64,000 nt of DNA from Leucoraja ocellata. Taxonomy: Eukaryota. The translations under genes and the position numbers were made by a program. How positions within the stretch are numbered: the first letter of the stretch is position 1; each line of letters starts with the position of its first letter. The notes below the pieces were generated by a model. It was not told the DNA's origin. It saw nothing but the letters and a program-made list of their open reading frames with translations, and ran no database searches. Where the stretch lies: positions 4,960,001 to 5,024,000 of the forward strand of contig JAWMAR010000148.1 in the NCBI GenBank assembly GCA_036785375.1, read 5' to 3'. This document shows, piece after piece, positions 47,671-61,472 of this stretch.

Positions 47671-50600
47671 TTGGTAACTTTGGTAGTGGGAGCCGATGGG
47701 AGAACAAATCATTTGCAGTGCGTAACTTTGTATTCTTACCATAAAGCCAGTAATGTATGTTAAGTTTACCATATGTCCAAGTGCTCCATAGAATGAAGAT
47801 ACATATGCTGTATATCAGATTGTGAAGTAGTGACTCTGGCAGGCCAAAGAGACAGCAATGAGTTGAAGTTGTAAGTGATCATAACCAATATTGAGTTCAA
47901 ATATTATGACTGCTAAATAACGAGACAGAAAATAGCTTTTCTAATTAGTTTTGTCACAGTCTGTTCTTCTGGACACTGAATTACATACTGTAAAACATAA
48001 GCTTTCCAAAGAAAAATTAACAGCTGTTTCAATTTACTCCCAAATTACTTTCTCTTCTGGGAATATATGTGTACCCAAAAGCCAATAACAAAACCTTAAT
48101 CGTTTAATTAGGCATTTACAAATAGACTTCTCAAAAGTACTTAAATTAACCAAAAATGATATTATTAAGAATAGTGGAATTATGAAAGCAGTAATTCTTC
48201 AACTTTTCTGAAAATGACTGCAAATTAGTTAGCAGAACAGCAAACTAAATATCGGGGGGGGGGGGGGGGTTCAGCCTGAATCCTGCAGGATATACTTACC
48301 CCTAAATGCTGTCTCTATAAAAATATTTCTCAATAGCAAGGCAGGCACGAGGGGAGCTGATTTCACAGTGCACACTCATTCAAGGCATAACTGAGTTGCG
48401 TGAGAAATTTCCATATCTCACATACCCTTGTAAATCACAGTTGAACAGTAGTAACCCAAAGAATGAAGAAAGCCATGGCTGGTTTTAATTTTAATGCTGC
48501 ATCCTTGCCAATGGCTGGGACTGATTCAGAGACTATCCTTTGGTAACGCAGGGCTTTATAAGCCAGATCACCTCAAAATACTTTATGATTTTGGTGCTCT
48601 CGTCACGTTATGCATTACGGGCCAGGGTGGTGTTCCAACTGCTGGCCGCGTACCAAGAATTACTCAGGAGGTCATGAAAGCTGTTTAGCGTGATTAGTCT
48701 GAGCAATTCTGGAGTAAACAACACACATCAACTGTACACCATATTTCTCTTTAAACATCATTGAAATTAACATTGTAAATGCTGCTTGATAGAAGTGGGA
48801 AAACTAAAAATCAAACTAATGCCTTTAAAGTATTTAGAGAATTAAAGTATTCAGAATTTGCCAGTTTTCTCAAAGCCGCCTGAACATTGACAAGTTGTAT
48901 TTTTTAAAGACAGATTTACTGTCAGGTCAAAATAACCTGAGAGAGGGAGTTGATGATCAAAATGCCGCACTACAACTGACATTGAAGTGGGACATCCGTG
49001 TCATTGAGTCCCAGAATGTAGGTCCACATGTCTGGTTCTCCCACTTCCCCCACACCCCACCCCCAGAAACTCCACTTCTCAGTCAGGTTGCCTGGGGGGG
49101 GGGGGGGGGAGGTGGGGGGGCTACATTGAAAAATATAATCTCCAAAAAACGAGAAGTAAGAATGGCAGGCATGCCAACCTGGGTCACAAAGTCCAAAAGA
49201 CTACTAATGTACAACACGTGCATGGCCCAGGGGATACTTTGTCTGTCAAATTTCTGGAAAGAGCGTAGTGTGTGGCAAGAGGAAAATTGACATTGTATTT
49301 AAGTTGGGGAAATAATTAAACGTAACGGTAAAGAAACTTATTTACAGAAAAAAAGTGAAACTTTCAGGATGGCCATTACTGGAACGCCTATACACTTCTA
49401 TAGTTAAATGTAATTTTGCAGCCAAGGGCTTCCTGGCTCAAATGCACTACCGAAGTAACTCTCTCTCACACACACACACACGGGAATTACTGTAACCACA
49501 CTGCAATCTACTGAGCTGCTAAATGAGTATTACCATCTGGTTTAAAGTGAATACTAGGTTTGCTTAAAAGGAACGGTCCAATCCAGAGAAAATGCACACT
49601 CTTTACTGGGCCTGGCTTTAGAATTAAACTCCTCTTGCTGTTTCTTTGCTGTTCTCTTCAAGTGAGCATCTTTGCACACTAAATAATGTTCCTTTTATGT
49701 TTGCTGTCTTTCCAAAATATTCCATCAAATCAGTGAAATAGGCTCAGCCCTTTACACACTATAAGCAGAGTGTAAATAATTGCAAAAAAATAGAAGTCCA
49801 CATTCTTTTTAAATTGTCAAACATTAAAAAAAATATTATTTTTGGAAGGATTTAAATATCCATTCTGAAAATGGATTTAGGAAAATGAAATTAAAGAGTA
49901 GAAGTGGATTTGCTTTACAACGTGAGACTACAGCAGACAAAATGCAACTTATGACCGACTTATAATAGTTACGAAATTACACTAAATTCAAAAGTAATTC
50001 AGAAGAAAATTCAAAGGAATACATGTTTTGTACATATTTGTGCGCGATGCAAGAAAGCACCATTTCTCCAAGCAGCCCACTAATAAACTAATCAAGGTCT
50101 TTAGAGGATTTGTTGAAATTATATTCTATGCAATTTTACTGTGGCAGGTAGACCAACAAATCCCAAATAATAAGCAAAACACAAAGTGATGGTGGAACTG
50201 GGACAGGCAGCATCAGTGGAGGGAAGGAATGGATGACGTATCGGGTTGAGAGAATGGTCTAGACACAAAAGTCACCCATTCCTTCTGTCCCGCTGAGTTA
50301 CTCCAGCATTTTGTGTCTATCTTCGGTTTAAATCAGCATCTGCAATTCCTTCCTACACAAGTTCCTCCAGCCCATTTCTTTTTTTACTCAATGATGAAGA
50401 ATTGGTGTATGAGGTCTAAAATACAATTCATAATAACGTGAACAATTGTGCTAGGTAATTCAGGAGATTAGGGATGAAATTCTTTAAACTAGTTACTGGA
50501 GGCAGCAGAAACCGGAGAGAGTTTCCATGCTTCCAAGGTAAGAACCAAACAGAGCGCCAGGAGTCTTCCATTATTTGAATCTGACAATTTACTGCAGTTA

Positions 50601-51789
50601 AGCTAACTTATACCCACTAGACTGGGAAAAATCAGGGAAATTGCCTGCAGAAGGAACTTAGTGGTATCCGCATGCCATAATGTGATCTGTTCTAAATATC
50701 CATGAAAGAGCGATCTTCATTACTTACCTGATCCACCCTCCTCCTCCACCAATCTTCTCTCCCCCGCTAACTCTTCTGCCAGTCTATCCTTTATTACCTG
50801 GACCCACCTATCACTTGCCAACTCGTGCCTCATCCCTTCCCTTAGCCTCTTTCTAGCAGCTATCGCTCCTCTACTCCGTCAGTCTGAAGAAGGGGTCTTG
50901 ACCCGAAAAGTCTGTCCATTTCCCTCCACAGATTCAGCTTGACATGCCGAGTCCCTCCAGTAGTTTTGAACATCTGCAGTCTCTTGCGTCTGTGTTCTCA
51001 TTCCTAGTTGATTGTGGGCTAGTGGACCTTACAATTAACTGCAGAACTCCTAGGCTTGGATATTGCTTGGGGAATAGTTGGGGGGGGGGGGAGAAGAAAA
51101 TCAACTTCCAATTGTTTCCAGTGTGTCTATAGGAGGGTGTGAACATGTGGCCTTCAGGCAACACTGACAACATTTGGCTGTGGCACTCATTCAACAGCCC
51201 GCTGGCAATTTATATTCAGAGATGAAGAATGGGCGCTTGATAATGGAGAACAGATATCACCTGGCAGTCAGCAGCAATTACCAAGTATGGAACGGAGGAC
51301 ATTTGACACACGGGTCTCTTCGGCACTATACCTTCACTTAGACGTTGGCTAATCTTGTCTCCCCTTAAAAACCAAGTTCAGCCCAGAAGTCACAGTCTGC
51401 AACTTATAACCTCATACTTATTACTCTGTAATCTTCCTTGTCAATTGTAGCCACACTCATTTTAATAAAATACAATTGTTTTGAAAGAATTTTTGATCAT
51501 TGCTTTTAAATAAAAACTCACCATCTAATACTAGGTGTAAACTTTGTATATCTACTATACCATGAACGGTGACAGATAGCTCTGCTCTTATGCCTTGCAT
51601 AAAGATTACTTGCATTGATTTAATACAGAACTCACACTCTAAATTAAGCAGCTTACGTTATTTATTATCATACCATTTCAAGATCTTTTTTAAAATCTAT
51701 TTTTCTCAATATATTTTTAAAAGGTATAATTTTGATTCAAACGGTGAGTGTTTGGTACTTTATGGGATTACAACAAAAATATGGAAAAG

Positions 51790-52065
51790 CACTAGAGACC
51801 CAGGCATGATCCTGATTATTGGTGCTGCCTGTGTGGAGTTTGTACGTTCCCCCTGGGACTGCGTGGGTTTTCTCCGGGTGCTACGGTTTCCTCTGCACTC
51901 CAGACATGTGGGTTTGTAGGAGAATTGGCTTCTGTAAATTGCCCCCAGTGTGTAGAATCTGAAAGTGGGATACCAGGGTACGAGTGCACTGATGGTGAAT
52001 GGTTGTCATGTCTCGGTGGGCGGAAAGGCCCATTTACACGCTCTATCCCCAAACTAAACTAAACC
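51790..52065 (+). mobile_element. SINE copy
   Basis: Family core and AAACT-repeat tail. Confidence 0.8.
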
Positions 52066-53142
52066 ATGAATGAATAAAACTATGAAATACAACTGCAAAT
52101 ACAGACAATAATTGAAATTCTGCTTAAGGACTGATTCATTTCTTCAGTGAAAGCATACAGTTTATCTTCTTTGTATCCCAGAATGAGAGGACGACTCTTT
52201 AAAAAAAAAAAAAGACAACTGCCTGACCTATTGTGCTGGAAGAATTTTAAAACAGAGCTAGATAAATTCTTGACCAGTATGGGTGTCAAGGATTATGGGG
52301 AGAAGGCAGGAGAATGGGGTTAAGAGGGAGAGATAGATCAGCTACGATTGAATGGCGATGTATACTTGATGGACCAAATGGCCTAACTCTGCTCCTATCA
52401 GTTGTGACAATGAATGCTCTTCTACAGGAGCGTCTCAGTCCTACTTCCCGCAGAATGCAACAGATGTTAACTTGCCTTCACCCTGAGCAAAGAACCCTTG
52501 ACATTAACACTAAGACCAACATTCTTCCAGCTCGGTAGGTCAGCCAGTTGTCTTTTTTTTTTTAATTAATTTTTTTTTTTTTTTAAATTAATTTTTATAA
52601 AAGAGTCACCCTACCATTCTGGTTATGAAGATGTACTTCATTTTGTTCCCACTTAAACCATTACTATAAGAGATATCAGGAAAATTTGTGTAATACACAC
52701 AATTCTCAGTAATTTACACCATTACGAGCAGATTTACAATCAATTAATTGTATGGCCCACCCACCCACCACTGCCTGTGACTGTTTTTGCTATAAATGAT
52801 TATCACTTATATCAGCAATATAGTTTTACTTATTACATATTGGTATTAGTCATTACCTACATATTATTAAATCAATTTTCAAAAATAGAAGGCAATTTTC
52901 TAGAAACAACTACAGGGTACTGACTACTTTTGATCAGGACTTAGAAGTTTAGGAAAATACCTTTAAGTGACGTTTTATAGCGTCCTTTCAAATACATCAT
53001 GATTAAAATGGTAGGACTACTGCATCAGCAATCAATATGACAGGGCATTATACAAAGAAAAATAGGTTACCAAGCATACAGACCAACATTTTTTTTTTGA
53101 TGAACTAATGCCATAGAACAATATGAATGAATCATTTTATCT

Positions 53143-53455
53143 TAGTTTAGTTTAGGGGCACAGCATGGAAACATGCCCATCAGCCCTCCGAGTTCAAGCC
53201 GACCAGTGATCACCCACACACCAGTCCCAAGCCAAACCATTTTTGCATCCTACACACTAGGGACAATTCATAGAAGTCGGCAATTAACCTGAAAACTGGC
53301 ACATCTTTGGAATATGGGAGGAAACCAGAGAAAACCCACACAGTCACAGGGCGAACGTACAAATTCACCCAGACAGCACCCGAGGTCAGGATGGAATCCA
53401 GGTCTCTGGCGCTGTGAGGCAGTGGCTCTACCATGTACACCACTGCTCTGCCCAC
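53143..53455 (-). mobile_element. SINE copy
   Basis: Family core and tail; forms an inverted pair with the 51790 copy. Confidence 0.8.
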
Positions 53456-54589
53456 ACATCGTTTTTTTCCCCGAATATGTAGTACTGCCATGGTATGGTT
53501 GTGATATCTACTTGCATAAAAATGTTAAAGCATTTCAAAAACTTAAGTCAGATATTGTAGAATGTTTCAGTAACATTGTGGGATGAGATTTTAAATTGAT
53601 GAAACAAGTCTGCAACAATCTCCTAAATGAATGCCGCCTGGTGGTGTTTACCTGCATTACATTTGAATTATTTAATGGGTAAAATATCGACATTTGAATG
53701 AAGAAACAAGAAACTGCAGAAGTTGGGATCTTGAGCAAAAAAACAAAGTACAGAAGAAACTCAGCGGAATAGGTGTGGAGGGAATGGACAGATGACATTT
53801 CAGGTAAGGACCTTTCATCAGACTGTAGTAACCCTTCTTCACACAAGTCATTTAAAGGCCAGCTGGTCAGAATTCAGGATCAACATTTTCCTGTGAGGAA
53901 GGTGTGGATGGCAAAGTTCAGGAACATTGGATGATGAGAGACGTTGAAATTTAATCACAAAGAAAATGAAGTATATGGAGATTATGGAAGCTGAAATAGG
54001 ACTATGCCTTTGAGGAACACAAAGAAATCAGGTGAAAGCTTAAACAGGTACCAGGAAGGCTAAAAGCAGCCATGAAATGTGCTCTGCAGGTTTAACTAAA
54101 GAGAATCCCAGGGAACTTCGTACATACATTAAGAACAAGGGAGTAACTAGGGAGAGGGTGGGACCACTCAAGGACAAAGGAAGATATGAAGCCAGAGGCA
54201 GTAAGTGAGGTTCTAACGAGTACTGTCTACTCCCTCCACTGATGTTGCCTGACCTGCTGAGTTCCTCCAGCACTTTGTCTTTTGCTCAAGATTCCAGCAT
54301 CTGCAGTTACTTGTGTCAGGGGAAGTAAGCATGGTACTAAATGATAACTTCACATCGGCAGTCACCAAGTAGAGAGAAGGGCCTTTTCCTGTGCTGTATT
54401 GCTCCATGGTCTTCCTCACATCAGCTTAATTCTACTCAAAAGTGAAAGTGATATCAATTATTTTCATAGCAATTATGGCCCAAGGTTAGATTTCACAGAA
54501 TGTTGTGAATACAACAAGCAAACAGATAATTTCTTCTTACTGCTGCAACTTAATTATTTAAATATTTGCCGCATTGATATACAGAGGAA

Positions 54590-55325
54590 TCTTGTGACAC
54601 AAGTCCGAAAGTGCTGAAAGTGGCTACAGTTGCAAAGAAGGTAAATTGCATACTTATCCTTCATCTGTCAGGTCATAGGGGATAAAAGTTGGGAATTCTT
54701 GTTCCAGCTTAGGTGACGTTTGATGTAATGTGTACAGTTCTGCTAGCCACACTATAGGAAGAGTGTGGAAGTTTTGGAGAGGGTGTAAAAGAAGTTGAAC
54801 AGGATATTGATGGATTGGAGTGTATTAGCTACAAGGAGAGGTTTCACAAACTTGGATTGTTTTCAGTGGAGCATTAAAGGCTAAATTATAGAAACATACA
54901 AAATAGGTGCAGGAGTAGGCCATTTGGCCCTTTGAGCCAGCATCGCCATTCAATATGATCATGGCTGATTGATCATCCAAAATTGACCTGATAAGAGGTA
55001 TATGAAATTATGAGAAGCACAGATAGGGTAGATGGTTGGAGTCTCTACCCCAGGGTATTATCGTCAAATACTTGAGGGCATTGGTTTAAGATAGAGGGTG
55101 AAATTTTAAAGGAGATGTACAAATCAAGTTTTTTTTTTTCACAGAGATTGGCAAGTGCCTGGAACACAATGCTAGGGCCAGTGGTAGAAGCAGATACGTC
55201 AGCAATGTTTAAGAAGCATTTAGACAAGGAATACAGGGACACCGACCATCTGCAGACACATGGGATTAGTTTAGATCGGCGCAGACATCGTGGGCTGAAG
55301 GACTTGTTCCGGCACTGTGCTGCTC
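54590..55325 (+). mobile_element. CR1-clade LINE 3' fragment containing a short antisense LINE-tail insertion (~54885-54980)
   Basis: CR1 ORF2 3' remnants (GTGTACAGTTCTG, GGAGAGGGTG, FFSQR...WN) interrupted by TAGAAACATA...GGAGTAGGCCATTTGGCCC. Confidence 0.7.
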
Positions 55326-56019
55326 AATGTAATAATTTATCTATAACATTAGAAAGTGCAATTCACGTTAAAATGCAGAAAATTAGACAAAACAAAGAAA
55401 AACTAATGGGAATGAAAGCACAATAGCTAAGTTATTGGACTAGCATTAGAGGACTGGACTATTGATCTCAAAACATAATTAAATCCTGCCATGGCAGATG
55501 GGAAATTTAATTCAAAATAATCAAATGAATAAATAGTTATCATTAATGGTGACACATGCAAGTTCTCACTGCTGTGGCTCATATTCAAATCATTTATTCA
55601 CACTTCAGGTGAGGGGAATCTACAAGGGACCTCAATCCTGTATTCTCCCCACAACTCCCTATCCACACGCACGCACACACACGCAACTAAAGCTTATAAG
55701 GCATATTAAGCCAACATTTCATAACTAATACTGAATCTTGTTCGGTAAAAGTTTTAAAAGTTATGAAACCATACAAGATGTAATTAAGATATCAGCTCTG
55801 ATCTACTTTAATGGTGAAACAGGATAGAGGCCAGATTGCAATAAATTGCATGACCTTCAGTGCATTAAACACATTGATAAATATAATAATATAGATAATG
55901 AGTCTGATTTTTTTTAGAAATTGTTGTTACAAAGTTTGATAAATACTTTAACATTTGTTTTTCACTTTTACTTTTTAATGTGATGAATTTTGAATGTTGC
56001 AATATTTAGTTACTCATGA

Positions 56020-56231
56020 AGATACACAAAATGCTGGAGTAATTCAGCAGGACAGGCAACATCTCTGGACGGAAGGAATGGATGACGTTTCAGGTCGTGA
56101 CGCTTCTACGAGAAGAAAAAAAATTGTTTTTTAAATCATTTTTTCCAGTGATGCAATCTGTCCCGCTGAGTTACTCCAGCATTTTTTGTTTATCTTCAGT
56201 GTAAACCAGCATCTGCAGTTCCTTCCTACAC
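56020..56231. repeat. Short inverted-repeat element with 16-bp TSD
   Basis: ATTTAGTTACTCATGA at 56004-56019 and 56232-56247. Confidence 0.85.
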
Positions 56232-56364
56232 ATTTAGTTACTCATGACTCTCCAAACCAAAAGAATGCTATTAAATAAGATTTGACCAGCACCTCTGGAC
56301 CTGTGTGCCTACAAAACAAAGTTCAGGACATAACATACAAGTCAGAGTTTGACCGGGGACTCAC

Positions 56365-56572
56365 CATCCTGTGTGTTCTGAGTGAGAATGTTGCATAGTT
56401 CCTTCTGGCTTATACCAAGGCACTGACAAACCTCCTCCCTGCTGTAAGGTTCCGGGTGCAGCACTTGTTCCACAGTTGAAAGCATTGTCTCCAGATCCAC
56501 TCCAAGTCCATGCTGCAAGTCTCCCAGTTTTAAAAGTTTCTGCCACTCAAGCCCTTTAGCTTTTGCTAGGAC
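56365..56572 (-). CDS. GALK2: GALK2 coding exon (not in the ORF track frame)
   Basis: [69 protein letters not shown]; 208 nt; acceptor TATTTAG, donor GTGAGT; phase 0 to 1. Confidence 0.95.
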
Positions 56573-56792
56573 CTAAATACCAAAAGAAGGCACACAGTTA
56601 ATATTACACAGAGAAACAAGGAACTGCAGATGCTGGAGTCCTGATTAAAAACACAAAGTGCTGGAGGATCTCAGCAGGTCAGGAAAACACCTGTGGAGGG
56701 AATTGATAGGTGACATTTCAGGTCCAGGCCATTCATCTGAAGCAGAATCGTTGTCATTCAATTCCTCTCTACAGATACAGCCTGACCCACTG

Positions 56793-57107
56793 ACAGCGCA
56801 AACTGATGTGACAGGAGAATTTGGGTGTCATTTTACAGTCACAACTGTGCCTTTACCTGTCTGCACATCTGTACACCCGCAGCGACGGCTGCGGAGGGTT
56901 GAGGTCCCGACCACGGGGGTAAATGGAGGAGGACTGACCAAATTTTGTGCCTTCCACCATAGTGATGAATGCTGTGGCGGATGTTTGTATTAAATTTTTA
57001 GTGTGTTTGTGTGTGTTCTTTATCATTGTATCGCTGCTGGCAAATTCATTTCACTTGCACTTGATGTGCAATGTGACGAATAAAGCTGTATTGTATTGTA
57101 TTGTATT
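56793..57107 (+). mobile_element. 3' end of a non-LTR retroelement with AATAAA and a TGTAT-repeat tail
   Basis: Ends GAATAAAGCTGTATTGTATTGTATTGTATT and interrupts a Penelope-type terminal repeat. Family not determined. Confidence 0.55.
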
Positions 57108-58004
57108 ATAGTTGGCTACAAAGGTCCATTGCAGCCGTCTCCTCCTCTAGAACCCTCCAAACCTCTTCATTAAGATATCTATAAGATTAATCTCTGTTCC
57201 ACCACATAACTAAGCTTCTATTCATTGCATCAGCAAATTTCTTTTGCAGCCTTTCTATGGTCTGTCTATATATCCTTTGCACACTCAAGCCGGGAATAAT
57301 TTTATAATTCTGGCTTATCTGAGAGGGATAATTCTATATTTTTTAAATTCAGTACCCCTGTTAGAAAAGTAGATTGGGCAAGCAGTAGAGCTATTGGCTC
57401 TCAATAAACACACTCGCCATTTGTCTCACCAAGTTAACCAAGTATAAAGTAAGAATGTGTAGGAAGGAACTGCAGATGCCGGTTTAAACCGAAGATAGAC
57501 ACAAAAAGCTGGAGTAACTCAGTGGGACAGGCATCATCTCTGAAGAGAAGGAATGGGTGACGTTTCGGTTCGAGACCCTCCTTCAGGCATAAAGAAAGAA
57601 TGTTCACATGGACATTATCATGGCGTTATGGATTTACCTGTAGTATTGGGAGCCACAACTTGATGTAGCAAAAGCAGAATAAAAATACCTCCTCCTGAAG
57701 TTGCACAAAGTGAGATGTAGCAACCATGCTGCTTATTTATTTTTCATACTAGAATAACATTTATACCATTAGATTAGGACGCTGGACTGATTAGCAAAGG
57801 AAAAGGCATGCTGTTATGAAGTAATAATTCACACTCCACAAATCAATAAGATTATTAAATGTTTGGAAAAGGATTTTAACTGTTGGAGGAAGATTTCTGA
57901 GGAAAGAAAACATTGCTACCAGCAGCTTGTTACATTCTAATTCTTACCAAGCTAGCTTTCAGCTCTTCATCTCCATAAATGCAAGCTTATCCCTAACTGG
58001 TTGT

Positions 58005-58340
58005 TCAGAGATACAGCACGGAACCAGGCCCTTCGGCCCACATAGTCATGCCACTATTGATCACGCATTCACACTATTTCTATGTTATCCCACACTTTCT
58101 CATTCACTCCCCCCACACACCCAGGGGCTATTTACCGAGGCTAATTATCCTACAAACCCCGCATGCCTTTGGTATATGGGAGGAGACCGGGGAACCAGGA
58201 GGAAACTCACGCGGACACAGGGGGATCGTGCAAACTCCACACAGACAATACCCAAGGTCAGTATCAAACCCAGTTATCTGGCGATGTGAGCCAGCAACTC
58301 TACCAACCGCATCAGTGTGCTGCCCTTTGTGCCACTGTGC
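58005..58340 (-). mobile_element. SINE copy
   Basis: Family core. Confidence 0.75.
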
Positions 58341-61319
58341 CAAAACTAGCTCGTTCTCTATATAAGCAACACCATAATTTAAAAAATCTTCACCTTGTTT
58401 AAAAGCTCCTTTCTAATCTCACTCTGCTTAACCATGTAACCTTCTCTAGCCTAGAAACCACAGATATTGCTTTCTCCTATTTCTAGCCTGTTTTCCATCC
58501 ATTTCTCATCTTTCCATCATTGACAGCCACGTTTCCAATTATTTCAATCAGAAGTTGTGAAACTCGGCCACAAATCTCTCAGACCCTTTTTAGTAAGTTT
58601 GTGAAGCACCTCTTTATTTAACCACTTAGCCATCTCTCCAAGGTGCTTGGCATTGTTTTGTTTGATAACTGTTCCTTCAAAGCAATTTACTGTGCTACAT
58701 AAATGAAACCCATTGGTGCCTTTGAGTCGAGAATTAGAAAGAGACTAATTATTCTACAAATTCACTGGGAACGATCCCTGTATCTGGCTCACATGGATTA
58801 TATCGACTGGGCTTTTCCCAATTTTTCTCCTTTGATATTAAGATTACTGTCAGCATGCTCTTTACAACCTTCCTAATTTATTTCCCCCCACAGTTCGTGT
58901 ATGGCACCTCATCCAAGAGAATTATGACACTGCACAAATCACACTGCTAGCATTTTGAATACTTACCAGAACAATATAATACAGCAACCCAAAATATGCA
59001 GAAAGGATCAAGATTTCAGTTCCAGGCGATCCATCCAAACACATTTCTCTAGAGGCAAGTGTCTAATATTTTCTATCATCTTGATTCATGGGTTTCAAAC
59101 TGACGTCAAGTGGGTGTCGATGTTCTCTCTGTGCCTCTTGTGCTACAACCTCACATTCCCACTCTCTGTCTAATTAATGATAGCCCATTGGTGCTGTTAA
59201 CTAATGCACGATAAATTAATTGTGCCAACTTTCGGGTTGTCTGGCAGCTCTCTGCATGTTGTTTTGCCAACGATCATGTACACTTGAAAGTTAATGGGAT
59301 GCCACAACATTGTTGAAAGGTTAGGATGAGGCTTAACATTCCCGGGAATGCAGCCATTGGGGAAAAAGTGCACGCACTCCCTTCCTAATATATGCATTCC
59401 ATTAGAAAATTTATGAAATCATCAGATTTGCCAAATAAGAAATCAGTGAACAGTATGTGGCAAAGCACTGCTCATCTGAGAACTCTGTCATCATAAGCAA
59501 ATCAAGAGGAACCAGGCGCACAGACTGTCAGAGCTGCAGAAACTCTCATTAGCACAGGCAAAGCAAACTCTTTCCTGAACAAAATGGCAAATCATTCATA
59601 ATATTGTGTATGGAGCCAAGCATTAATAATTATCTGGGTTAGATGTGTCCAGTTTTTTGTGGCCAGGACATTGTTGGGCAGATGTCAATATTGTAGCTGT
59701 GCTGAGCAGTTTAGCTGAGCATCTTCCTTGTTCTGGAGCACCACATTTATGCTGTTGGGGGGGACATATACTACGTCCCATACACCCGGCTGTTTCTTGA
59801 TATTATTTGGAGTTAAACAGATTGACTGAAGGAGGATAGTAACCACAAAAAGCTAGAGTAACTCAGCAGGTCAGACAGCATCTCTGGAGAAAAGGAATAG
59901 GCAATGTTTCGGGTTGAACCCTCCAAATCAAAATGTCTTCCAGGTATGCTACCTGACCCAGCACTGTGTGTTCTGCGCAAGATTCCAGTATCTGCAGTTC
60001 CTTGTGTCTACATTTGACTGAGAAATGTATTGATGAGCACCTAAGGAGGAGGTTAAGAATACCATTCGCTCCGTCCATCTTTCAATGGTGAGCACTGAAA
60101 GCAAAATCATCAATAGTGCTCTAATCTAATAAGCAAACAAAAGGCTGTACAGCACCGAGAGCTAGAAAAGAACAGGTCTCACAGAAAACTTCATCTTACC
60201 ACTGTGAAAGTCACTTTTAAGGGTCCTTTCTGAAGTCCAGAACTACTAGAAAATCTCAGGGTAGAGAGATTCTGTCATCATTCACATGCCTTCAATTTGT
60301 GGATTTCAACAGCAACACTTCTTGTCAAATGGAATGCAGGTAAAGGTGAAATTGTACATATTGACAAGAAAGGAAACAATAGTATATTCTCTAAATTAGG
60401 TGAACTTGCAGAGTCCCAAGAAGGCAACCACATCTTCCAACAATTTGATGATGATTGTAGTAAACTGACTGGGTCATAATTATTGGACTTTTGTGAGGAC
60501 AACACACACACCTTAGCTTCCCTAATTCCCAATAGAACCTGCATTCTACTTTTTATGGCTCATGCACTGTGGAAAGTTGACCACGTTACCCATTACAGAA
60601 CCCACAAAGCCAGAGTGGATGTATGTCATCCTTGATCCCTAAGAATTGATGAAGATGAAGTTATATAAAGCACTGGTGAGGGACTGGTGAACATTAAGAT
60701 GACGATAAAGATGAAGACATCTTCGAAGACCCCAGATCCCTCTCCACCCAGGCCTCTGCAAATTCTCATAATTTAGATCATACGTTTTTTTCCCCCTTTC
60801 CTATTACAATGGACAATTTCACACTTTCTCATCTTATATTCTGTTTGTCAAACCTTTACCGATGCATTTAAGTGCTGGAGGAACTCCGCGGGTCAGGCAG
60901 CATCTGTGTAGGGAATGGACAGGCGAAATTTGGGGTCAGGCCCCTTCTTTGGTCTGATGGAGTAGGGGGCAGAAAGCCGGAAAAGAGAGATGGGGAAGGA
61001 CCCAGGAATGGGAGACGAGTGTACAAAGCTTTGTCTTTTAACTAGACGTGTATACTTGTAACTAATTGTGTACATTTCAGTTTGACTTCTTTCACATAAA
61101 GGTGTTTGCCTCAGTTTTTACTCCATGGCAAATTCTGAGCCATTAGCTAAACTAGTAGTTCACAAAAACAAATGTAGTCAATGGGTCAAATTACCGACAC
61201 CATATACGAGTATCTAGTGCTGTCCTTTGGAATACCATGTGAAATACCATGAGAAATTATTATTATATAACATACAACTGTTGTTTGTCAGGAAAAGCAA
61301 TAAAATTGAGCAGTGATAC

Positions 61320-61472
61320 CTTTGCAGCAATTCGACACTCCACTACTCTGATATTGAAGTGAGTTGTTGCAGCTTTATTCATTTCTTTGCAACTATTCGC
61401 AATCACGAAAACTGCTCCGTTTGGAACCTTTACATTGGTGGCACGGAGTGGGTTGAATTCAATCAACTTGGC
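61320..61472 (-). CDS. GALK2: GALK2 coding exon
   Basis: [51 protein letters not shown]; 153 nt, phase 0-0; acceptor TTTATCTTTCATAG, donor AAG|GTATCA. Confidence 0.97.

Noticed and set aside
56361-56546. 61-aa ORF MAETFKTG...
   Set aside because: Wrong frame of the real GALK2 exon 56365-56572.
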